NCBI GenBank assembly: GCA_018985225.1
Contig: JADGIF010000050.1
Span: 1-27,121 of the forward strand
From: Amoeboradix gromovi X-113
Taxonomy: Eukaryota > Fungi > Sanchytriomycota
DNA: 27,121 nucleotides
Reading direction: 5' to 3'
Below, one piece after another: positions 18,361-27,121 of this stretch (positions are counted from its first letter, which is position 1; the number at the start of each line of letters is the position of its first letter). The translations under genes were made by a program, and so were the position numbers. The notes under the pieces are model-generated. The model was not told the DNA's origin. It saw only the letters and a list, made by a program, of their open reading frames with translations, and made no database searches.

Positions 18361-18835
18361 GTCAAAAAATTATGTTTCAACAATTTTTCATGACCCTTTT
18401 GAAAAGCAATGATATGCCAGGATCAGTTTTTAACTTTGCAGATTAAACAACTAGTAGTAGGTTTAAAGAGCCGGAAATCTTAAACATTTATAAGTTGCTT
18501 GTATTTTTAACAATATGGGACATCAAATATAAAAACTAGACTAAGTCGAAAACTCCAAAAATTGGAAAAATAGTATTTATGAAATCTACAATAAATTATC
18601 TTTCTAAAAATTCCAATGTTGAAGCATTCTGACTATCGTTTATAGAGATATTCCAGTTTAAAATTAATATTGAGAATCAAATGTAAAAATAGACTAACTT
18701 TTTTAGCCAATCAAAGAGCTTAATTTTCTTATAGTCTTGTTATTTGAGAAAAATTAGATTTTTTGTTGAAATAAATAAAGACTATAATGGCAATATGAAG
18801 GAAAATGCAATTAAAAATAGAAGTCTTTAGATTAT

Positions 18836-19219
18836 TTATTTAAAAATCTCACTATGATTTCCATTTTCATAATATATAGATCTAAATATCATTGAAATTT
18901 TGACTTCATTGATTTCAGTAATACCAAAACTACCAAAAGTAATTTCATTTCCATTAGATGTTGTTAAACCTCTTTGCCATAACGATTCTATATTGCTCTG
19001 ATTCAATCCTTCTTCAACCCAATTTATAACTCGCGATGCTATCTGAGCATATGATAATGGTTGCATCCGCAAAACAGAAGAAAATATACCAATAAGTCCG
19101 CCAAGTCTAATTTTAAACCCAGTATCACTATCATTTAGTGTTGGAGCTGATACACACTCCACATAATGAGGAAACAGCTCAGAATATTTCATTTCTACTT
19201 CTTCGTCATAAATACTCAT
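18836..19219 (-). CDS. Hypothetical 127-aa cargo protein inside the transposon
   Basis: Intact frame from ATG 19219 (MSIYDEEV), divergent from the transposase; family not recognised. Confidence 0.5.
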   Translation of the reverse strand: MSIYDEEVEMKYSELFPHYVECVSAPTLNDSDTGFKIRLGGLIGIFSSVLRMQPLSYAQIASRVINWVEEGLNQSNIESLWQRGLTTSNGNEITFGSFGITEINEVKISMIFRSIYYENGNHSEIFK

Positions 19220-19518
19220 ATACTTATATAGCTTTATTTCTTTAACCTGAATTGTCAAAAATATGTGAAACCCTAACGACAAACTATGATTGGTAGGCAC
19301 AAAAATTTCTAAGGAAAGGTAGATGATTTGTAGAATAGAAAATCACTATAAAAATCGACTAAGGTAACAAGTAAAAAGTAAAGTCATCCCAGTATCTATT
19401 GGATTCAAACTCTATTAATTAGTAAACCATCATTGGTTACTAGTAATTACTGTACAACATTTTTAGTATAAATAGAAACCAGTTCTCTACTTTTCACTTT
19501 CACGAGTTTCCGTTTAAT

Positions 19519-21015
19519 GTGTCAAAATCCATTTCATTCTTTATATTTGACTTGAATGATAACCTGATAGCTACTCCAAACACATTACAAGATAACAGTA
19601 TTACCATAAATGACACCACATCATTAATTGAACAAGAGGTTGTTATTGAAGAATGGCTGCAGAGATGTGCTTCACTTCTCTGTTGTAGTATCTGTTGCAT
19701 GCAAAATATACAGTCCACTAAACTAACTGACTTCAAAGAGAAATTCCAATCTTTGGATAAACATGAACTGGAATCCTTCATTAAAGGTATCCTTCTCTCC
19801 TGTCAGAGAGAGCAACGTCAAGATAGAAAAGTCTTTGAGTATACTCTGTTTCCACTTGGAAAATTATGTCGTAAAGCTTTTTGCCACCCGATATCTAAAT
19901 TAAATGGTATCTATTCTAGAGACAATGATACTTTGAACATCAACGTAGAAACGTTTAGAAAGTATTTCAAGTTATACGAGACGATTAAAATCAAATCTGG
20001 AAAGTCAGATGTTTGTGATACTTGCACTCTTTTCGAGAGCAATTAAATGTCCCTGAGCTGTCTGAAAGATCTAGTATAACTATTACGACAGATTTTCAGC
20101 TACATCTAAGACAAGCTAAATTAGCAAGATTAGATTATAAAAATGATCATACAAGATTAGGATTCACTCATCTCTCGTTTGATTTCTCTCAAAATGTAAG
20201 TTTACCTCAATTACATGACCAACCAAGCGACTTGTACTTCATGTCACTATTGAATGTCAATTTATTTGGAATACATAACGAGACACATCACCGTCAAATA
20301 AACTACATTTATCGAGAAGATCAGGGTAAGAAGGCGAGTAATAATGCGGCAACTTTATTGTTAGATTACATCTGCTGTCTACCAAAGGATCAAAGAGTAA
20401 ATTTGATCTTACATGCAGACAACTGTGTTGGACAAAACAAGAACAATACCATTATTAAATTACTGAGTTGGTTATGTTTACTAGGAAAATGTAATACCGT
20501 AGAATTTAAATTCCTGATGAAAGGACACACCAAGTTTAGCCCTGATAGTGGCTTTGGTCACATTAAAAAGAAATTCTCAAGAGAAAATGTTTATAATTTA
20601 GATCAAATCTATTATAGAAACGTCTTCAATCACTAATGAATGCAAGATATTTCCAAGTCACAGACTCAAGGACTATCGATATAAACTTGATTTGATATTT
20701 GAAGATATCACAGGAATTGTCAAGTATCATATCTTTGTGTTTAACTCTGAACATCCTGGTATAGTATATTGTAAGAAATTGATTAATGATGCTAATTTTG
20801 TAGAATTTAACACCATTATTGAAGACGACTTGATTCATAATGATTATCTATTTACTCCCGAATCCTTAGAACCAGCGAGTCTTACTGAAAGAAAGAAAAG
20901 AGACATAAGTCGGTCATTGAGATATATCCTAGAAGAATTTCATGTATTTTATGGTGTCCGAACAAATAGTTTATTAAAAATCATCTTCTTGTTGATACTG
21001 ATCCGGATGAATTAA
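19519..21015 (+). pseudogene. Sola2-like (DUF7869-type) transposase, frameshifted into three ORFs
   Basis: 'KSDVCDTC...HLRQA', 'LSFDFSQNVSLP', 'LYF', 'HADNCVGQNKNN', 'GHTKFSPDSGFG', 'GIVKYHIFVF'; three catalytic Asp motifs present. Confidence 0.88.
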
Positions 21016-21476
21016 ATTATATTGAAAATCTGTCAAATGAAGCGTCCAAATGGACTCATTTTTTCCAAACACTGCTCTAGATAATATGTATTTGCTAAAA
21101 AAAAGATAAAGATTTAGCACAAATCCGTCTAAGAGAATTTGCTGCAAAAGGAACAGTCCAGGAATCTTCCATCCGATTAGATGCTATAATTGCTACCATC
21201 TCCAAAACTAACAGCAGAAATTGTTGAACCAGTCATTGTTGTTCTTGTTAATTTAAGAGGCTGAATAAACAATTATTTTGACATAATTATGTATAAACCG
21301 ATGTGAGAACCATCACACTACTGACACATATCCAGAATATATTCAATTAATTTGCACACATTGTATCATACATCCAAAAATTTTGGCAGGAAATGGACAA
21401 AATTTAAACATTGAACCAACCATCTTACTAATTAAACTTAAAGTTAAAATTTTATCTTCTAAAACATAAAGGGTAA

Positions 21477-22151
21477 ATGAGTTCATCTCATTCTCAATCT
21501 TTATCAAAAGCTCAAGCTATAGAAGTTGCAGCCGATAAAAAAGCCGAAGCTATCAAATATGCAGCCGATAAAAAAGCCGAAGCTATCAAAGATGCAGCAT
21601 TTTATCAATGTCTTACGAGTATTGGTATTATTTTAGCGACATTAACTGTTGCTCGTGCAACTTTTTCTGGTGCAGAAAAGGCTTATAAAATTGCAAAGTT
21701 AAATCATCAACGAGATCGCACATTTAAACTTATTGAATGGATGAAAGATACTGTTACCGGCAGACCACATGTAAGATATTCAGAGGGGATGGTAAAAATC
21801 TACAACAAAAAGAATTCTGAAGGTGATATTTTTAAGTGGCTTAAAGATGGCGTTTATAGTCAAAGTGAAGAATGGACAGAAATTAACAAGTATCGAAGCT
21901 ACTGTAAAGCCTTTATTAAAGAAACAGACTATGTCCAAAAGGCGGTGCCTCATGAATAAGACCATTTACCAGAAGAATATAAACGTATTAATTAGATAAT
22001 TTAGATTTTTTGGAAAGTGTAGAACATTCATTTCGAGATGATGGTTTAAACAAACAAGGATTTGTAATTATTAAAGAATTAACAAAACAATTTGAAATAG
22101 CGCGCAAGGAAAAAGAAATGAAAGAAAACAAACCTCAGTTAAAGGAATTAA
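21477..22151 (+). pseudogene. Cargo gene: repeat-containing single-TM protein, interrupted at TAA 21957-21959 and by a frameshift
   Basis: 160-aa ORF with AADKKAEAIK x2 and a TM helix. Coding-like sequence continues (DHLPEEYKR... then LDFLESVEHSFRDDG...KELK*). Confidence 0.55.
21528..21590 (+). repeat. 33-bp-period tandem repeat encoding AADKKAEAIK(Y/D)
   Basis: GCAGCCGATAAAAAAGCCGAAGCTATCAAA at 21528 and 21561. Confidence 0.9.
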
Positions 22152-22194
22152 AATAATTTATTAACTCAATTACAAGTAAAAGCTCCTAAATTCT

Positions 22195-22488
22195 TCAGGA
22201 ATGTACTTTGACGTCTTTTCTATTTCTAGCAGACAACTCTGGAAGTTTAAGTGCGTCTGGGCTAAATATGTAATTATTCTGACTCAAGTCATCTTCGATC
22301 AATGTTGCATATTCAATTTCCAAAGTGCCTGTTACTCTTTTCTTGCAAAAGAGCATTCCTGATGTGTCAGATTTAAAGACAAAGCATTGGTACTTTGAAA
22401 TTCCCTTGACATCTTCAAATAAAAAAGTCCAACTTGCTTCTATAATCATTGAATCTATGTCCTGGAAAGATTTTACAATAATTAGCAC
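22195..22488 (-). pseudogene. Second, inverted Sola-like transposase C-terminal fragment
   Basis: 'LFEDVKGISKYQCFVFKSDTSGMLFCKK...TLIEDDL..NNYIFSP' aligns with 20692-21015 'IFEDITGIVKYHIFVFNSEHPGIVYCKK...TIIEDDL..NDYLFTP'. Confidence 0.85.
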
Positions 22489-22502
22489 GTGAAGAAATTC
22501 AC

Positions 22503-23045
22503 TTATGCTTTCTCATTAATAGAGAGATTATCTGTAGTTAATCCAATTCCAAACATCTCAATCGCTTCTTTTTGGATTTCGCGTAATTCCTTCAACAAAA
22601 CTGTGCTTATTACTCTATAACCATAATTATGTTTAGGGTTATCCCAAATAATAATTTTATACCCTCTAAGTTTCGCAGGAAGTTGTGGAGCAATGTTGTA
22701 CTGTACCAAGCTCTGCAATTTAGATTTGTCACCATTTTTTATACTTTTCAAATCGTTTTTAGCAATTTCAAAAAGAAGGCCATGATCTTGAACGATAGCA
22801 TCAAATTTATCAGTATCTCCAGATATCTTTTTTCACTGGATTTCCACATTCCCATCAGCTTTTTTTGAATAACCAGCATTAGCAACATTAGTACCCGTTT
22901 GATACCCGACGAACAATCCACTAGCAGCTCCAAATCCTATCAAAGCAAACTTTGTCAATGGACTCATTGGCTTATTTGTGCATATTTCTTTAAGTAAATC
23001 ATAGAAAGCACCTTCTGGTAATTTTTCAATCCAATTCTTCAACAT
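22503..23045 (-). pseudogene. Cargo gene (~180 codons, one TM) with a single in-frame TGA at 22835-22833
   Basis: ORFs 22833-23045 and 22503-22751 share a frame; the gap reads KKISGDTDKFDAIVQDHGLLFEIAKND with no other stop. Confidence 0.55.
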
Positions 23046-23530
23046 CAGGTTTCAACTCAGAACGGAAATTGGCCCTGATATCGTGTATTCAGTAACAAAA
23101 ACATTTGGCTTTATTCAAAGAATTCGCATTGCACCACAACTTCAATAAATCCTTTTAATTTTAATATCTGATCGAGTATAATTTCCCGATTTGATTGGTT
23201 GTCGGTAGTAGTTTCTATATTTGTTTTGCAATAAAAACTTTAAATCGAGTTATCTCAAAATGTCTTGCGAAGAGTTATTCCATTTATTATGTTTGGTGTC
23301 CCATTGGTTTATTTTTACGCTTTGATTGGTTAAAATAGTTAGTCTAGTTTTTATATTTGAATTGCAATATTATTTTCAAATTGAAATATCTCAAAATGAA
23401 AATTTTCGACTTAGTCTAGTTTTTATATTTGATGTCCCATATGAAATAAAATTTTATATTTAATGCTACGATAACTAAGAGTACACTTGGATTTCAAGCT
23501 ATTCTTAAAAAATTAATAATTTTCTTTCTC

Positions 23531-25601
23531 ATGAAACGTTCTATCCCAGTTTCTACTGGCATTCCCAAACCGTCTTTTAAGCGACAGAAGTTAGAACCTG
23601 CCAAGCCCACCAAATCGCAAATTGCTCGTGATTTAAAAACCAAGGCTAATTTAGAAAATCAAGCAAATTCTGTTCCTCCGAAAACCAAACCAATTACTAA
23701 TTCTATTGCTAAAAGCGTAGCTAAATCTGCTCCGCGTAGACCAGTTGTTAAAACTAGCAAGCCCGTCGTTAAGCCGGCAATCAAAACAGTCACCAGAACT
23801 GCTTCTAAAAATGCTGTTTCCACTATAAAAAACATTCGCTCTAACCCTCCACAAACTACCAAAGACCAACTACAAAACACGAAATGTAAGTTGCTAGAAA
23901 TACAATTAGAAAACCAATCCCTTTCTTCCCAGGTGACTCAACTGGAATCCGATGTTAGCAAACACCTGCAAGAAATCACCAATTTATCAGTTATTCGTCA
24001 AAAGTCCAATGATTCTTTAAAATCTAAACAATCTGAAATACAATCTCTAACGTTAACTCTATTAGATACTCAGGAATCTTTAAACTCTTTGGAACTACAA
24101 ATTGTCCAAAAAGACTCTTTAATCTCTAATTTTACCAATAAAATATCCTCTTTGGAATCCAAGTTAAAATCTACCACAGACTCTTTAAATACCTCCAACA
24201 ATGAACTCGCTCCTCTAAAGTCTGCTCATTCCAAGTTGCAGCTAGAGTTTGATGCACTTTTAATGCAGTACAACCAGCTCTGTTTGGATTTCAAAAAGTC
24301 TCAATCAGAACTAAACATTTGTCTTGCTCAGAATACGTCCTCTCATGCTACTATTAACAAGATGTCGATTCAATTGGAGTCTTGTCAGTTTGATTTAAAC
24401 AAAATGACTACTTTGAAGAATGAACATGAGAAGCGTGAACTGTTGCTGGAATCTAAATTATTTGAAGCTGATAAGCTCAAAAGATATTTGCATAATCAAG
24501 TGATGGAACTAAAAGGAAATATTCGAGTTTTTTGCAGAGTGCGTCCATTCTTGAAACACGAAAAGGACGAGCCCAAGAAATCGAAAATTGAGTTCACAAA
24601 CGATGGAGGGTTGATATTTAAAGAGCCAGAGACCAGCCATGATGGCCAATTTAGATACAAAGACCACTATTTTACATATGACAAGGTGTTTAATCAGCAA
24701 GATGACCAAGAGCAGGTTTTTAAACATGTTGAGCAGTTATGCCAGTCAGCACTTGACGGATACAATGTTTGCATATTTGCATATGGTGTAACAAGCTCCG
24801 GAAAGACTTTTACAATGCAGGGAAATGACAAACAGCTTGGAATGATACCACGAGCAATAGACTTGATATTTAGCGTTGTACCGGAGCTAGAGGTAAAAGG
24901 ATGGAAATTCAAACTGCAAATAATGTATGTAGAGATATACAACGAGACAATAAATGATTTAATTTCTACTTTTAATAGAAGGAAGCCAAAGAATAAACCA
25001 GATGTTAGGATACTGAAGAACACAACAGAGATATTAAACTGCAATATCGTGGATGTCACTACAAAGAGTCAGGTAAATGAGTTAATAGAGGAAGCCAACA
25101 AAACTAGAAGTGTGGGATCAACAAATAGTAATGAACATAGTAGTAGATCACACTCAGTATTTACACTGCTTATAAATGGGATAAACAGCACTAGCAACGA
25201 AGAAATAAATGGAAGTTTGAATCTAGTGGATTTGGCTGGAAGCGAACGATTACAGCATAGTAAAAGTGAAGGGCAGCGGTTAAAGGAAACCCAAAGTATA
25301 AACAAATCATTGAGTGCATTAGGAGATGTTATATCAGCACTGGCAAAGAACGAGGGGCACGTACCATATAGGAATTCCAAGGTAGCTAAAACTAACATAG
25401 TTGACTAGTCTGCTAAAGAACTCGTTAGGCGGTAATGCGAAGACATTGATGATGGTTAACATCTCGCCGTATCATTTGCTGGGAAATGAGACATTGAATA
25501 GTTTGAGATTTGCTAAAAAGACGAATTCATGCGATGTTGGTAGCGCGAGAAGGATAGTTAAGACAGACACACCAAGGAGTGGATTGAATTCAGAATACTA
25601 G
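23531..25601 (+). CDS. KAR3: Kinesin-14 (Kar3/KlpA/KIFC1), C-terminal motor; exons 23531-25381 and 25401-25601
   Basis: Basic tail, coiled coil, neck 'LHNQVMELKGNIRVFCRVRP', P-loop 'GVTSSGKT', 'NEHSSRSH', 'LVDLAGSER', 'HVPYRNSK|LTSLLKNSLGGNAKTLM'. Confidence 0.96.
25382..25400 (+). other. 19-nt spliceosomal intron GTAGCTAAAACTAACATAG
   Basis: GT-AG with ACTAAC branch point; removal restores the conserved kinesin PYRxSKLT motif. Confidence 0.94.
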
Positions 25602-26226
25602 ATAGTAAATCATTATATATTATACCAAATTGATGTTATACCCCTGTTGAAATTGGATGAATAGAAGACAATGGTACCCAGGCTAAGTACTTTACACGAC
25701 ATGGAGCGCAAGATTAATATTGGTAAATGTATTGTAATACAGATTTACGCTAGCTGCGAGAATTAGGGCAACAAATGAGAACTCCACAAGTAGTGAAGGT
25801 GGATAATGAAAAGAAAAAGACAAGGTTTATGATTTAAGTTACATCATATGAAAGAGGTACTAAAACTGTATTTTACTAGTTTAACCATATGGTTACAGCT
25901 ACGTTACATCATTATTAAAGTTCGCAAACTCAGCAGAGGTGGATCTTGCGTGTGCAGAACTTATGGTAGCAAGGTATTATCCCAAGATTACAAAACGAAA
26001 TAGACGTTAATTATTCTTGAATCTATAAATTCTCAAAACTACTTCAGCTATATTGATAATGACGAGATGACTGGTAAAAAGAGTATCGGTACCTACCATT
26101 TGTCGCCTAAACCATTTGCGATAGTTACTGGATGCTTTTAATTTAAAGGCTCTATCTTTTTAAGATATTTGTTTAAAGAAATTGTTTAGTTTTGTGCATT
26201 GTGACCCAATTGTCACGGCGGTCCCC

Positions 26227-26604
26227 ATGTCTCGACCTTTGGCTGCAATTCTAATTGAAGGAACAAAAATAGTGGTAAAAGCATTTGCAGAGGCATATAA
26301 GCATTCCATAAGACAGAGAAATATTAAACCAAGCAAGGATGGAAAACCGGTACAACAACAAGTAATGACATTGGCAGAGGCATCAAAAATATTGAATTTG
26401 GACTTGGAGGAGAAGAATCAAAAAGTTGTAGAAGAACGAATGCTTGATTTAATAGAAAGGAATATTAAGGGTGATTCGTTGTACATTCAAAGCAGGATAT
26501 ACTGGGCATACCACCAATATAAAAACAGCTACAATTTAAAGGACTATACTGGCGACGAGGTACTGAAGAAGTTGCAAAAGAATACTGAGAACAAAATTGA
26601 ATAA
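26227..26604 (+). CDS. PAM16: Pam16/Tim16 mitochondrial import motor J-like protein
   Basis: 'GTKIVVKAFAEAYK', 'MTLAEASKILNL', 'GDSLYIQSRIYWA'; likely start ATG 26227. Confidence 0.9.
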   Translation: MSRPLAAILIEGTKIVVKAFAEAYKHSIRQRNIKPSKDGKPVQQQVMTLAEASKILNLDLEEKNQKVVEERMLDLIERNIKGDSLYIQSRIYWAYHQYKNSYNLKDYTGDEVLKKLQKNTENKIE

Positions 26605-26711
26605 ATAAAATAAATCATAAACGATTGAGATTGCATAACATGATTTATTATTTGAATAAAAGTTTGTTAGCTTTCCCGGAGCCATTTTAGAATTGACGGG
26701 TCAACTCCTCG

Positions 26712-26837
26712 TTAAAAGTCCTGATTTCCGAGAAAATCGAGAATTTCCACAGAGAAACTAATGCTAGTTTCTCCGTTACAGTGATTGGTCACGCTTTCAC
26801 TACCCTGAGGTGGGATTAAATAAGGATGCAGATACTT
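26712..26837 (-). ncRNA. Putative Fanzor2 omegaRNA scaffold and element right end
   Basis: Directly downstream of the Fanzor C-terminus. Minus-strand hairpins TAGTGA/TCACTG, CGGAGAAACTA-GCAT-TAGTTTCTCTG (11 bp) and GATTTT-CTCG-GAAATC. The end is defined by loss of homology with the 17.3-kb copy. Confidence 0.72.
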
Positions 26838-27121
26838 CTATATGTTCCTTGCAGCCATATGATCTATATCTGTCTTCAAATGACACTTTGTACAAGTGTC
26901 GGTTTCTAATTTGGTTTTCTTTAGAGTACCACACCTTGTACATGTCTGACTAGTAAATGATTCAATGCATTCGACCATCGTCTTTCCTCTGTTTACACTT
27001 GAACTTCAAGCGTTGCTTGAATGTGTAATGGGACATTGTAGCCAAGTTTCTTGCGACCTTGCTCGACAAGCTACTTAGCATCTGGCTCGTATTGAACGAG
27101 GGTAAGTATATAAGATCATTT
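26838..27121 (-). pseudogene. tnpB: Fanzor2 (eukaryotic TnpB) C-terminus: RuvC-II, zinc finger, RuvC-III; two frameshifts; continues beyond the window
   Basis: Manual translation: NDLIYLPSFNTSQML...MSHYTFKQRLKFKCKQR / KTMVECIESFTSQTCTRCG... / CTKCHLKTDIDHMAARNI*. Confidence 0.92.

Larger units (their letters stand above)
18517..23438 (+). mobile_element. 4.9-kb Sola2-like DDD DNA transposon with cargo ORFs
   Basis: 36-bp perfect TIR GGGACATCAAATATAAAAACTAGACTAAGTCGAAAA (18517-18552 / 23403-23438). ATAT on both sides (18513-16, 23439-42). Subterminal inverted homology 18644-18718 / 23318-23392. GRG termini and AWWT TSD fit Sola2. Confidence 0.88.

Noticed and set aside
18815-18832. Resemblance to the putative guide downstream of 17370 (AAATAG...TCTTTAGA)
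   Set aside because: Needs a 3-nt gap in the seed-proximal region and is AT-rich; likely chance.
25599-25836. In-frame TAGs after the kinesin stop, with a possible 20-nt intron (25722-25741), suggesting TAR-to-Gln recoding
   Set aside because: Conserved genes (Mo25, Mdm35, Pam16, PIG-A) end at TAA/TAG in expected places and contain no internal TAR. The standard code fits, and the peptide is unrecognisable.
1-27121. CRISPR array, tRNA or rRNA genes
   Set aside because: No regularly spaced repeats or recognisable tRNA/rRNA motifs found by eye.

Overview
AT-rich, gene-dense eukaryotic DNA using the standard code. The gene set is fungal or fungus-like; an early-diverging, compact-genome lineage is my inference. 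Host genes: SCY1-like pseudokinase, Mmm1-like SMP protein, NatB subunit NAA25/MDM20, PIG-A/GPI3, Mdm35, Mo25/Hym1, Kar3-type kinesin-14, Pam16 and several orphans. Three genes only read through if 19-20 nt GT-AG introns are removed. Two mobile systems are interleaved with these genes. (1) An IS607/Fanzor2 (eukaryotic TnpB) family. At 5.9-6.7 kb a serine-recombinase TnpA is almost entirely overprinted in the +1 frame by an ORF that looks like the Fanzor N-terminus, followed by the TnpB/Fanzor 'W-F-G-x-x-R-F-V-Y-N' motif. At 26.7-27.1 kb, missed by the ORF track, lies a frameshifted Fanzor2 RuvC/zinc-finger C-terminus with its omegaRNA-like 3' end. A nuclease-less homolog of that omegaRNA sits at 17.24-17.37 kb, back-to-back with a prokaryote/phage-like SAM methyltransferase. 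(2) A Sola2-like (DUF7869-type) DDD transposon family: a 4.9-kb element (18517-23438; 36-bp perfect TIRs, ATAT TSD) carrying decayed transposase plus several cargo ORFs, and three non-autonomous relatives sharing the TIR. All family assignments come from motif recognition, not database searches.
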